From IMG/VR virus record IMGVR_UViG_3300031455_000001, positions 1 through 64,000 of that record: a stretch of 64,000 bases of DNA; one strand, 5' to 3'. The DNA comes from a virus. This document shows, piece after piece, positions 39,933-50,594 of the stretch (positions within the stretch are counted from its first letter, which is position 1; every line of letters begins with the position of its first letter). Below the pieces are notes generated by a model. It searched no databases and had not been told where the DNA came from. It saw nothing but the letters and a program-made list of their open reading frames with translations. The position numbers and the translations under genes were made by a program.

Positions 39933-40537
39933 TATTCCACCTCCATTGGTGCGACCTTTTTGAAGTGCGTTTTTAACATATTGTAGATCGGTTTAAATTG
40001 CTTATCTATTTCATCCCAATCATTGCCCATAGCAAACAGTTTGCCATTGAAGTGATTGGCGCTACTATATTTTACAATTCTTCCATACTTAGCTATTTGA
40101 ATACCAAAGTTCAAAATACGTAATGAATGATACATACTTTTCTTACCGTTATAGTTGTAGTTTTCTTTCATTTTCTTTTTGCACTTAACATAGCTAACTG
40201 AGGAAGCAGATGAAATAGCGTGTCGTAGCTGATTGTAATTTAGTTTGAAATAACCAACATAAGGATCATCTTGCTTTTGAAATATACATTCCAAAACACT
40301 AATAGTGTGAGCTTCTATGTTTTTAATAAATAAAGATTCACTATAAACTTTGAAGTCAACATTCGCCTTGTGATTCTCAACACTGTAGACAAAATCAATT
40401 GGATCGCTCTCATTAGGTTTCACTACCAAGATAAAGTCATAATCACTTGCAGGATTATTCACACCATAAACTCTCGATCCGTAACTGTAGCATTTTAATA
40501 TTGTATGTTCGATTTTCTCTCTGGTTTCCCACGCCAT
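39932..40537 (-). CDS. Pol-beta superfamily nucleotidyltransferase
   Basis: YGSRVYG....SDYDF motif; KSMYHSLR. Confidence 0.8.
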   Translation of the reverse strand: MAWETREKIEHTILKCYSYGSRVYGVNNPASDYDFILVVKPNESDPIDFVYSVENHKANVDFKVYSESLFIKNIEAHTISVLECIFQKQDDPYVGYFKLNYNQLRHAISSASSVSYVKCKKKMKENYNYNGKKSMYHSLRILNFGIQIAKYGRIVKYSSANHFNGKLFAMGNDWDEIDKQFKPIYNMLKTHFKKVAPMEVE

Positions 40538-40640
40538 ATGAGATCAACTCCTTTATGTTTTGTTAAAGTATTTAGCCGAAAAACTCAAACCTTACTTGTA
40601 GACCAATCATTTAGACATTCTTCTTCCCCAAAAAGAAGAA

Positions 40641-40656
40641 TGTTTCACGTGAAACA
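40641..40656. promoter_or_regulatory. parS: parS site
   Basis: TGTTTCACGTGAAACA, perfect, intergenic. Confidence 0.93.
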
Positions 40657-40703
40657 TTATCTCCATCGCTTAATAGGATGCTTTATTAGTAAAAATCACT
40701 AGG

Positions 40704-41621
40704 TTACAATCCGTAGGTTGCATACCCGCAGTAAATGCCACAAAAGCCATATCGCATACTATAAGAGTCTCTTGTATCCATTCGCTTTCCACAACCGCTA
40801 CAATAGTAACGTTCTATATCCTTTTTAGAGATCTTGGTAAATCGCCATCTTTGCTTTTTCATCCTATACTCTCCCCTATTTGATCGAACGGAAACAATTA
40901 ATATTCCCGAATTTTAATATCCCACGTAGTAGAAGATATTTTTCTCTTCATAGATTCTATAGATTCAGATTCTTTAATAATACCCTTAACATACAAGCGT
41001 TGCTTTTCTCCCTTGTTGGTACCATTTATATTCCCGAACCGTTTCAAAAGACGTGTTTTAAATTCTTCAAAGCTTGTGTATTCCAGTTCATATTTCTTCT
41101 CGATGATCGTACCGCACGATATAGTCACTTCCACACGCTTTTCCATTCGTTTTTCTCCTCCCTTTTTGTTCGAACGGTCTATTTTTCAACTACTTCTAAA
41201 TTCCATTCCTTAATAAGTTTTGCCATTAAAGGTTTTGTAAATCTAAACTCACCATTTTCAGCGCATAGAAGCATTGAACCTCTTTCTTCTTCATACACAG
41301 GGTAGGATTCATCTTTGTAAAATACTCTTCCTTCTGCTTCACAATTTTCATCAAATTTAACGTGGTATGCTAATTTACTCATTCCAATTCCTCCTTTTTG
41401 TTTAAAACCGTTTGGTTCTACTGTCACTTACTCACCCATAGACTGTCTAACAACTCTAGGTAATCATTTAGATCTTCTTCATCCATATTGTCTACGTCTC
41501 TACACTGTAAATCGAACTTTTTTTCTGTATTCCTTATATACTCTCTATAGGTTTCAGTATTTTTGGGCAAATAACAAAGATCACATATACGTGTATCTAA
41601 ATCCCCTGTTTTGATAACCAT
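40704..41621 (-). other. Small hypothetical ORFs (40704-40862, 40898-41146, 41179-~41382, 41424-41621)
   Basis: Co-oriented with strong RBS; 40704-40862 is a 52-aa CxxC..CxxxC ORF absent from the track. Confidence 0.6.
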
Positions 41622-41667
41622 TTTTCGCTATTCACCCTTTCTCTTTATGGTTCTATTACGTCAAAAT

Positions 41668-41683
41668 TGTTTCACGTGAAACA
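41668..41683. promoter_or_regulatory. parS: parS site
   Basis: TGTTTCACGTGAAACA, perfect, intergenic. Confidence 0.93.
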
Positions 41684-41831
41684 ATTCCTACTCAGTAATT
41701 AACCAATAAATCATCATAGAGTTTATTGACCATGCTATTATCATAAAAAGTATATATATACATGCATATGTCGAACAGTTTGTCTTTCCATGTAAATAAT
41801 TTATATTTTTTCAAAGTCTTCAACCTCCCTA

Positions 41832-41847
41832 TGTTTCATGTGAAACA
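41832..41847. promoter_or_regulatory. parS: parS site (1 mismatch)
   Basis: TGTTTCATGTGAAACA between a stop codon and an RBS. Confidence 0.85.
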
Positions 41848-42285
41848 TTATTCTTTAAATAACCAAATAGTTAATCCAGCAAAGATAACAGCATACAGCC
41901 ACCAGTAATCTAGAAAGAAATTTAAATCTAATATGAGTCTCTGTTTAGCATATTCAATCATTCATATCACTCCTGCAATTTATCTATTATCTTTATTAAG
42001 TTCTCTTCAATCCATTGTTCTGTTAGAAATCTTGTCTCATATTCATTTTCTCCTTGAATGTAATGATCACACTCAACAATCTCTTTATCACCAAGATAGA
42101 TTGAAGGTTTAGCAGTATTATCTCTACTCCAATATCTTGTTAAAACTTTAACAACAACAAAGTCAAAGTCATATTTATCTTGTGTGTCATATTTCCATAC
42201 CGCATCAAATTTAACACCATTAATATTCATATTCTTCACCTCTTTAGAGTTTTGATAATACCCGTCTTTTATCCAAATGATGTTC

Positions 42286-42330
42286 GAGCATTATGGAGCA
42301 TTTGGGAGTATAACGGAGCATTCGAGAGCT
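42286..42330 (+). repeat. 10-bp phased direct repeats
   Basis: GAGCATTATG GAGCATTTGG GAGTATAACG GAGCATTCGA GAGCT. Confidence 0.7.
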
Positions 42331-43084
42331 ATTTTAGAAGTATTAACAACTCGTTTCTACTTAATAAGAAATCATCTCCACTGTCACTCATGAACCATAC
42401 ATAATTCTTATCTGCTAACTTTGCAATCCCTTTTATGTAATAATCCTCATTTACTCTAGTAATAGCAGGATAAACATTCCCTACCTCCATATCCGCCACT
42501 TGCTTTTTAACCATTTAGTTTCCCTCCAGTCAACATAGCAACAGACATAGTAAGGAGAAAGATTACTCTATCTCCAAGATTTTTGTTGTTATATTGTTCA
42601 ATAATAAGCTCTGCACCCATTCTTGATTCGTCACTATATGTTTCATTTTTTAAGATGCTCTCAGCGGATTTTATTATTGAAAATCCATGAAGTAAGAGAA
42701 GGGCGATCAACCAACCCACAAAAGTTATTCCAATTGTATACTCTGGGTTACTCATAGCATCAATTATCATGATTTCCTCCGTGATGATGGTTATGCCCAA
42801 GTTGTAATGCCCATCCTGTTAATAAAGAAAAAGCGCCTAGTACAAAATTTTCAATGATCGGCAACCAAATTCGAAAATCATAAACACTGATGTCTATTGC
42901 TCCCCAAGTACCAATTAAAGCTACAATCAAATGAATGACTCCTTCTAAAGCATTTAAAACCGCCATAGAAGCCATTATCCAGATTCCAAATTTTGTTTCT
43001 ACAAAGAAATACTTTGCATAAGATTTTGATTTTTCGTTTAATTTCTTCATAATGTTTGTCATGTTTATCACCTCTTATGTTAAT

Positions 43085-43113
43085 ATTATACCATTATATT
43101 TTGCTTTTGTCAA
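43085..43113 (-). promoter_or_regulatory. Consensus sigA promoter
   Basis: TTGACA-17-TATAAT with TGG. Confidence 0.8.
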
Positions 43114-43761
43114 TGGCTTTATTTCATTTATCTATTATTTCTCTTAGATTTGTTGGCAGATTTTCGTTTAGATTTTTTCTTTTTTGCTTTCTCTTTTTTA
43201 ATCTTCATTTCTTTAGGTTTATTTTCCAAATCAAGCTTTAATAACTCAAAGTGTTTTTTCAATTCATTCTTATCGACACCGTACTCTTCTGCTACTTCAT
43301 TGATGATTTCCTCATCTGTCTTTTCTTCCATACCTTCGATTAGATCAGTCTTGCTCATTGCCTTGCTCATCGTCATCTTTCCCTCCATCTCTCAAAAACC
43401 CTTTATTTATACTTATGTAGTCATCAACAAAATCATCTGAACCCTCATGTAACTGCTCTTTCTTTTCATCGAATAACTTTTCAAGTTCTTCCTGTGTATA
43501 TATATCTTCTAAAATATGCATCAACACCACTTGATCTTCCAGTACATCTAATGCGCTATTGGTCATATCTTTGATAAATTCATTTTTATCGTGAATAAGA
43601 CGATTTGCTTCATTAATCTCACATTCTTTTTTCATCAACTTAAACTCTGACACAGCCGCAATAATAGCTATAATAAGAATAGTAGATAACCACCAACTTA
43701 ACATAATTGAAACCTCCTTTAGGTTAAAAAAATAAGGAAGAGAAAACTCTTCTCATCCTTA

Positions 43762-44571
43762 TCACTTACCACTTTGACCAAGCATTGTCATACCACGATC
43801 TGATTTAATTTTCTTCAATTCATCATATGTCTTTTCAATAATCTTTGCCTCTGGAACGATATCAATTGTTCCTTGGCAAATAGCTTTTGATAAAGGATAT
43901 AAAATATGTGTATCATTTTCTTCTACTTTATCAACTTCACTTGTGATAATTACTGCTTTATACATAGGCGTTAGCGCAACAAAGATCTCATTACGAAAAC
44001 CGCTATCAACAACTCCAGCAAGCACACCCATTGATTGAACTGCCGTGCTACCTCTTTCGTGACGAATATCAAGATAGTGCGTATCTGGCATTGCCACTGC
44101 CAATCCTGTTGGAATGAGAGTTGTTTTGAGGAGTGGACACTCAATTTCATATATCGTTCCCTCGTCTGTTTCTTGTTTGAAGTTTTCTAAGTTTGAATAA
44201 ATATCATAGCCAGCATCCTCTTTACGCTTAGTTGGGATGATAGCTGTTTCACGTACTTTTGCAAAGTATACTTCTGGATAGAGTAAATTGTTTAATGTGT
44301 CCTGCATATCAGATAAAAATTTTACCAAATTATCTGTATGGTTTGAGTATGATTTCTTACTTTCTAACTCTTCTTTAGCTTTGTATTTCAATACATCTAC
44401 TGACCATAGAGGAAATGTGTGTTCTTGATCATTAGATTTATCAATCACAGTAATTTCAATTTTCTTTGTATCAACTGACTTTACTTCAACTTCCTTTTTT
44501 AAATCTAAAGACCAAATAGTCTGACCTTTTTTATAAAATCTCTTCTTCTTCTTCTGTTCGTTGTTGTTCAT
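43762..44571 (-). CDS. dut: Trimeric dUTPase with N-terminal extension
   Basis: DAGYDI, IPTGL, ERGS, GVVDSGFRNEI, RG...GQSG. Confidence 0.85.
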   Translation of the reverse strand: MNNNEQKKKKRFYKKGQTIWSLDLKKEVEVKSVDTKKIEITVIDKSNDQEHTFPLWSVDVLKYKAKEELESKKSYSNHTDNLVKFLSDMQDTLNNLLYPEVYFAKVRETAIIPTKRKEDAGYDIYSNLENFKQETDEGTIYEIECPLLKTTLIPTGLAVAMPDTHYLDIRHERGSTAVQSMGVLAGVVDSGFRNEIFVALTPMYKAVIITSEVDKVEENDTHILYPLSKAICQGTIDIVPEAKIIEKTYDELKKIKSDRGMTMLGQSGK

Positions 44572-44709
44572 AATTTAATTCCCCTTTTGTCATTGTGTTA
44601 TTCTATGTAGAAGTTATATAGGATGTACAAGTTGCATAAGGGAGTAAACTCTCCCTTATCTTGTTTGTTATCTTAGTATATCATTATTTGTTGCGATTGT
44701 CAAGAAGGC

Positions 44710-45657
44710 TTAATAGTCGTAATCCGAATCTTTCATATCTTCAACTACAGACATGAGATAACCATTTCCTACAGCGCTGAAAAAGTCATGGTTTGTAGTA
44801 ACTGTTGACAACCCATTTAATACAATAGGGTTGACGTCATCTGCTGTATCTGGGAACAGCGTAGATAACCCAAGGTTCATCAATGCTTTATTTGCATTGT
44901 ATCTTAAGAATGTTTTAACATCTTCTGTCCAACCAATATCATCATATAGATATTCAGTATACTTACATTCATTATTGTACAGTTCATATAGGAAGTTGTA
45001 TGCCCACGCTTTAATTTCTTCTTGCTCAACATTGCTTAACTCTTGGAAATCAAGTTTGAATTTATAGCCAATATATGCGCCATGTTGAGATTCATCTCTG
45101 ATAATTAACTTGATTACTTCTGCCACGTTCATCAATCGTTGAGTCCCAAGGTAGTATAACGGTGTGTAGAATCCCGAATAAAACATAAACGATTCTAGAA
45201 AAACACTCGCTATTTTAATCTGTAGCCCCGACCCGTTTTTATATACTTCACTTATCATATGAACCTTCTTTTGAAGAGGTTTATATAATTCGACCCACTC
45301 AAAAATGTCTCTAATCTCTTTCATATTATTAAGTGTGCTGAATATCGATGAATAACTACGGGCATGTTCTGACTCCATAAATCCGATATTGTTATATACA
45401 GCGATCTCATGCTTGGTTCTGGCGTATTTTTTTAGTGAATCAACACCGATCTCAGACTGTAAAGTATCAAGTAATGTAAGTCCACCGAAAACCTTTTCAA
45501 CCATTCTCTTTTCTTTATCTGGCAACTTACCCCAATCATGGAGATCTTTTGACACAGGCATTCGTGTAGCCAGCCAAAACTGAGTTGTTAGCTGTTCGTA
45601 TGTTTTCTTATCTAGTATATCTTCAATTTGATTCCAATTTATTGCTTTATATTCCAT
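44710..45657 (-). CDS. nrdF: Class Ib ribonucleotide reductase beta subunit
   Basis: AINWN, LTLLDTLQ, MESEHARSY, IRDESQH, HDFFS..GNGY. Confidence 0.96.
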   Translation of the reverse strand: MEYKAINWNQIEDILDKKTYEQLTTQFWLATRMPVSKDLHDWGKLPDKEKRMVEKVFGGLTLLDTLQSEIGVDSLKKYARTKHEIAVYNNIGFMESEHARSYSSIFSTLNNMKEIRDIFEWVELYKPLQKKVHMISEVYKNGSGLQIKIASVFLESFMFYSGFYTPLYYLGTQRLMNVAEVIKLIIRDESQHGAYIGYKFKLDFQELSNVEQEEIKAWAYNFLYELYNNECKYTEYLYDDIGWTEDVKTFLRYNANKALMNLGLSTLFPDTADDVNPIVLNGLSTVTTNHDFFSAVGNGYLMSVVEDMKDSDYDY

Positions 45658-45687
45658 AATTCAAACGCCATCCCTTTTGCTTCTTTG

Positions 45688-47874
45688 TTAGATACCACAC
45701 GAAGTACACCCATTTACACCAACCTCTTCACCATCTTCAGTGAATGTCCGTATGTAGTAGACAGATTTTATATTTTTCTTCCATGCATAATTTCTCAAGA
45801 TGCTCAAATCGCGTGTTGTTTTCTTTGTTGGGTATTCGCTACCAACTTTCCACTCATACATACCCTCTGGAAGTTCCGACCTCATAAATAAAGTCATACT
45901 TAAACCTTGATCAACATGTCTCTGTGCTTTGGAGTACATATCAATAATTAATCTTTGGTCAATATCGTACGCTGAGACATAATAAGGTAGCGTTTCATCT
46001 GAAAGGTATGGCGCTGGATAGTAAACCTTGCCTCTTTTGCCCTCTGTACGTTCTTCAATTCTTTGGGTGATCGGATGAAGAGACGCTGTGGCTTCATTTA
46101 CATATGAAATACTTCCAGTAGGAGCCGTGGCTAATCTGTAGGAGTTGTAAACCCCATATTTCATTACTGATTCCTTCAGTTTCAACCAGTCGGACTTACT
46201 AGGAATAAAAATTCCTTTGAATAACTCTCTGATTTTATCATGTGAAAACTCAAACTCTGGCTCATCTAAATACATGTTAAAATAGCTTCCATCAGCATAA
46301 GCAGACTTTTCAAAATCGTAAAAGGTGCTACCAGTTTCAATAGAGATATTGTTGCTCTCCATGAGTGTCCAATAATTCAACAACATAAAGTATGCATCTA
46401 CAAATTCTAATGCCTCTGGGCTACCATAATGGATTTTGTTTTTAGCTAAAAATCCATGTACATTCATAACTCCTAAGCCAACAGAATGATACATATCATT
46501 TCCATTCTTAATTGTAGGTACAACATCGTTGCTAGATGAATCACTCACATATGTTAAAGCTCTGAGCATAGTTCTCACTGATTTACCTAAATCTGGAGAC
46601 GCCATTAAATTATCTGCATTTGTAGAGGCTAAATTACAACTAATATCGTTCCCTAAAACACTATATGATTGATCATCGTTGATGACTGAATCTTTTTGTA
46701 CTTGAAATATCTCGGTGCAAAGATTAGACATTACAATTTTTCCATCAACAGGATTAGCTCTATTTGCAGTATCAATATTAATGATATAAGGATAGCCACT
46801 TTCATTTTGCAAATTGCTAATTTCATTCTCTAATTCACGAGCTTTGATTTTTGATTTATTAATTTCTGGATTATTAATCATATTGTCATATTCTTTTGTA
46901 ATATCAACATATGAAAATGGGATTCCATAAAACTTTTCAACATCATGAGGAGAGAAAAGATACATATATTCATTCTTTTTAATCAATTCATAATACTTAT
47001 CTGGCACTACTAATCCCAAGGACAATGTTTTAATTCGTACTTTTTCATCTGCGTTCTCTTTTCTAACAGATAAAAAATCAACTACATCTGGATGGAAAAT
47101 GGATAAATATACCACTCCGGCTCCATCTCTAGATCCCCCTTGATTTGCGTAAGAGAAGGCATCTTCAAACATTTTCATGACAGGTATGACTCCATCAGCC
47201 AAACCATAAACACCTCTAATTGGATCATTATTAGCGCGTATATTGGTTAGATTTATCCCAACTCCACCTCCAATTTTAGACAATTGAAGAGCTGAATTGA
47301 TACTTCTGCCAATAGAGTTCATATCATCTCCAACAGATAAAAGAAAACACGATACCATAGCCCCTGCTCTCTTTTTACCTATATTCAAGAATGTTGGAGT
47401 TGCCATCTGTAATCTCTGACTGATCAATTCATCCATAATGCTTAAAGCTAAAGATTCATTGCCATTTGCTAATGATAATGCGTTAAAAGCTAATCTGTCT
47501 TCGAATCTTTCTAAGAATCGCTCTCCGTCATTCGTTTTCATTGCATACTGAGAGTAGAATTTAAAAGCCCCCATGAAGCTTCTGAAGCGGAATTTCTTAT
47601 CATAAACATTTTGAAATAAACTTTTTACGAATGATTTAGTGTAAAGATTTAGAAAATCTTCTTTTATGTAATCATTTTCGACAAGATAATCCAGCTTCTC
47701 TTCTAGTGTATGAAAGAATACTGTATTAGGATTGATATGCTCTAAGAAATAAGCCTTTACTGCTTCTGCATCTTTCTCAATCTGAATCCTTCCATCTTTT
47801 GGTATATTGAGAAGATTGTTTAATTTAAAATATGTGTTCTCTTTAGATTTCTTTTGTAGTTCTGGTGATTCCAA
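45688..47874 (-). CDS. nrdE: Class Ib ribonucleotide reductase alpha subunit
   Basis: ATPTFLN, VSCFL, SNLCTEI, APTGSIS, YYIRT, C-terminal CTSC. Confidence 0.96.
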   Translation of the reverse strand: MESPELQKKSKENTYFKLNNLLNIPKDGRIQIEKDAEAVKAYFLEHINPNTVFFHTLEEKLDYLVENDYIKEDFLNLYTKSFVKSLFQNVYDKKFRFRSFMGAFKFYSQYAMKTNDGERFLERFEDRLAFNALSLANGNESLALSIMDELISQRLQMATPTFLNIGKKRAGAMVSCFLLSVGDDMNSIGRSINSALQLSKIGGGVGINLTNIRANNDPIRGVYGLADGVIPVMKMFEDAFSYANQGGSRDGAGVVYLSIFHPDVVDFLSVRKENADEKVRIKTLSLGLVVPDKYYELIKKNEYMYLFSPHDVEKFYGIPFSYVDITKEYDNMINNPEINKSKIKARELENEISNLQNESGYPYIINIDTANRANPVDGKIVMSNLCTEIFQVQKDSVINDDQSYSVLGNDISCNLASTNADNLMASPDLGKSVRTMLRALTYVSDSSSNDVVPTIKNGNDMYHSVGLGVMNVHGFLAKNKIHYGSPEALEFVDAYFMLLNYWTLMESNNISIETGSTFYDFEKSAYADGSYFNMYLDEPEFEFSHDKIRELFKGIFIPSKSDWLKLKESVMKYGVYNSYRLATAPTGSISYVNEATASLHPITQRIEERTEGKRGKVYYPAPYLSDETLPYYVSAYDIDQRLIIDMYSKAQRHVDQGLSMTLFMRSELPEGMYEWKVGSEYPTKKTTRDLSILRNYAWKKNIKSVYYIRTFTEDGEEVGVNGCTSCGI

Positions 47875-48232
47875 CCTTATGCACTTCCTCTATAAATTCT
47901 TCTAAATCTTTTTCAGTCCCACTAAATTCAAAAGTAAAAATAAGTGGTTTATTGTATTTCTTTGATAAATCCTTAGCATTAAAACAAAAAGATTGATCAA
48001 AATTTAAATTACCACTGCCAATGAATCCATTTAGTTTTTCTAAATTGTTTTTATGATCTATAAAATCACTAAATAGATCTGTTATATCATCATCATATGT
48101 AGGACAAACGATTAAATAATCTGAATCAACCTCTATAAAAGGATTTGAATAATTGATCTCTACACTATCCATATTAGTTGATTCGACAAATCTCTTTACA
48201 TTTCCAGTTAAAGAAAGATAAACTAAGATCAT
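47843..48232 (-). CDS. nrdI: Flavodoxin NrdI
   Basis: SLTGNVKRF, PTYD, GSGNLNF, FEFSGT. Confidence 0.92.
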   Translation of the reverse strand: MILVYLSLTGNVKRFVESTNMDSVEINYSNPFIEVDSDYLIVCPTYDDDITDLFSDFIDHKNNLEKLNGFIGSGNLNFDQSFCFNAKDLSKKYNKPLIFTFEFSGTEKDLEEFIEEVHKVGITRTTKEI

Positions 48233-48453
48233 TTTAAATTCAATAGTTTATCTGGTTGAAATCCAGTGAATGGTTCTTGACCATCTACTACAACCACTGG
48301 CATTGATGTAAGCTCTAAAACATCTTTGACATAATGCATAGCCTCTTCATCTTCATTGACGTTAATAGCAGTAAATTCAATACCTTCACCTTTCAATACG
48401 TTCTTCGTCATGTCGCATTGTGGACAACCATTCTTTGTGTAAACTGTTACCAT
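48229..48453 (-). CDS. nrdH: Glutaredoxin-like NrdH
   Basis: CPQC, MPVV, GFQPD. Confidence 0.92.
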   Translation of the reverse strand: MVTVYTKNGCPQCDMTKNVLKGEGIEFTAINVNEDEEAMHYVKDVLELTSMPVVVVDGQEPFTGFQPDKLLNLK

Positions 48454-48560
48454 AAAAATACCTCCTATTTAGTTAGACACAAAAGGCACAATTATCAATG
48501 TGCCTTTTCATGCGTATCCTATAATTATATCATAATTTATTGCATTAGTCAAATATTATA

Positions 48561-48977
48561 TCAATACTTGGCATCTTTGAATATCTGATAACATTCATTA
48601 GCAACAGACACCATTTCAGAAATCGTATCGAATAAATACTCTCCACTTACTTTTGAAAATCTTGGTTTCTCTTCATTATCGATCAAAACGTTCTCAACAA
48701 ACATCTCTCTTGGTCTTAGCCAAAATCCACCGTAGATATCTTTATATAAAACGTATACACCATTAAGATTTTTGTCTTCAAAACAAAACTGTTCAGCGCC
48801 TGATCTTTTGTCTTTTACTTTAACAATGGTAACGTTTTGATTAGGATCTTCAGTATGAATAGCCACAGTAACATTTTCAATCAATGATCTTCCAATGAAT
48901 CCTTCTGACAGCTTGGTTACATATCCAATAACATAATATAATCCACCTTTATAATGTCGGTAAATCATCATAACCAC
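48561..48977 (-). CDS. DUF1653-like protein
   Basis: YRHYKGG.Y, HTE, WLRP..MF, PRF. Confidence 0.7.
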   Translation of the reverse strand: MVMMIYRHYKGGLYYVIGYVTKLSEGFIGRSLIENVTVAIHTEDPNQNVTIVKVKDKRSGAEQFCFEDKNLNGVYVLYKDIYGGFWLRPREMFVENVLIDNEEKPRFSKVSGEYLFDTISEMVSVANECYQIFKDAKY

Positions 48978-49062
48978 CTCTTTTATATGTAAGTGTGCAG
49001 ATATTTCTTACACCTAATCTTAGTATACCATTATTATTTGTAATTGTCAAACTTCAATAACA

Positions 49063-50580
49063 CTAAACAGCTTCTTCTGTATTGTTCTCTACTGTTCTTT
49101 TCACACCTTGGAAGTTTAAATTGAATTTTCTAGCAAATGATCTTAGAGCTGAATTTTCTTCTGGTGTGGCACTTCTATTGTGTTTTCCTCTAGCTTGGAC
49201 AATAGCGTATGTATTAGGATTAATTTCCACTGTGAGCAATGACTCATCTGGATTCTTTCTAGTTCGTAAAAAGATGATTAACGATCTATGATTGGATACG
49301 CGACTGACATATCCTCCAACGCAATGTGATTGTTGAGATCCTTCATTTACTAACAATGAGCTTGTGAATGGCACTACAACAACATATTTTTCTTTTGTCC
49401 AACCATCCCATTCTTTGTATTCTGGATTATTCATTGCTAATTCATATTTTTCACTCTGTATTTTATCTTTTACAAAGCTCAAGTTTCTTGCTACAACATC
49501 ATGGTATGTTCGTAGAAACCTTGGATACTTAACATACTTGGGGGTTCTTAAATCTGCATGCATCTTAAGATAGTCAAAGAGATATTGTATCGTAGCTGAT
49601 TTACTCAAACCTTGGGAGACTTCACACTCATATACATACTCTATCAGCCTCTTGACATCTAAGTTCATATATTTTGACATTGAAAACAAACCTGTAAATC
49701 CATTATTTCTAAAGCTATATGATTCATTTCTGCCGTATAAGGTGATGTAATGAGCAGATATAAAAGCGCCAAGCCTTAAACTTCTTGTATCATAAATAGT
49801 GACACCATAGTACTCTTCCAACTCTTTGTTGTATTCAATCAAAGAGTTGAATTTATCATAATAATGTCTTAAACTCTTTATTTCTTCTCCTTTATCCTCT
49901 CCTCTTTCAAAATTAACACGGAGGCGTGATAGCTGTGCTTTTGCATTGGACACTTCTTTATAAGCTTTTTCTTTATAGTTTCCATCCATGTTTGCCGATC
50001 CTTGAAGTTCTCTGACTATTTCTTTATATATCTTCAATTCACCTTTTGTCCATCCGACTATCTCATGAGGTTTTGTTGATGGGTTATTGTAGGACAATTC
50101 TACAACTTCCCCAATAATCGGAAGACCAGCTTTATAAAGAATCTCCAGAGTGTTGTAATTTTCAATTAGACGCTTTAAAGCCCTCCCCATCATTGCAACT
50201 CTTTCTCTCCCCATATATCCAATTTCTCTAAGCAAAAGGGTATACATACCTTTATTTGCTTCAACTTCAATAAGATCAATGATCTCCTCGTCTCTACCCA
50301 TGAATCTGTCAAAATTATCTACACTACTAGTTACTGTATGCAGATTTCTTTTGATGTAGTATTTTCCGAATCTTAAATCATAAAACATCTCTGATAGTGT
50401 TTCTTTCTGTTTAATTGGAGTCTCTTCTATTTTATACAAATGGAAGCTGTAGTCGTTTTTGTCCTTCAAATAAAATGTTGATTTCGACCCATCTGAATGA
50501 TTAAATTCCATTTTGTCTTTGATCTTTTTTACTTCGTTAATTGAATAACTAAGTTCCTCTTTTACTGTTTTAAATTCCAC
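49063..50580 (-). CDS. PcfJ-domain protein
   Basis: DYLKM, L..EG..QSHCVGGY, IFLR....SLLTVE, QARGKHN. Confidence 0.85.
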   Translation of the reverse strand: MEFKTVKEELSYSINEVKKIKDKMEFNHSDGSKSTFYLKDKNDYSFHLYKIEETPIKQKETLSEMFYDLRFGKYYIKRNLHTVTSSVDNFDRFMGRDEEIIDLIEVEANKGMYTLLLREIGYMGRERVAMMGRALKRLIENYNTLEILYKAGLPIIGEVVELSYNNPSTKPHEIVGWTKGELKIYKEIVRELQGSANMDGNYKEKAYKEVSNAKAQLSRLRVNFERGEDKGEEIKSLRHYYDKFNSLIEYNKELEEYYGVTIYDTRSLRLGAFISAHYITLYGRNESYSFRNNGFTGLFSMSKYMNLDVKRLIEYVYECEVSQGLSKSATIQYLFDYLKMHADLRTPKYVKYPRFLRTYHDVVARNLSFVKDKIQSEKYELAMNNPEYKEWDGWTKEKYVVVVPFTSSLLVNEGSQQSHCVGGYVSRVSNHRSLIIFLRTRKNPDESLLTVEINPNTYAIVQARGKHNRSATPEENSALRSFARKFNLNFQGVKRTVENNTEEAV

Positions 50581-50594
50581 TCATATACACTTCC

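Larger units (their letters stand above)
41688..43704 (-). other. Array of small ORFs, many membrane (41688-41823, 41848-41961, 41967-42239, 42329-42514, 42507-~42771, 42760-43071, 43128-43388, 43345-43704)
   Basis: Co-oriented ORFs with RBS; hydrophobic helices in five. Confidence 0.55.

Noticed and set aside
41769-41775. Spo0A boxes (TGTCGAA here and a few elsewhere)
   Set aside because: 7-mer in coding sequence at roughly chance frequency and not clustered at promoters
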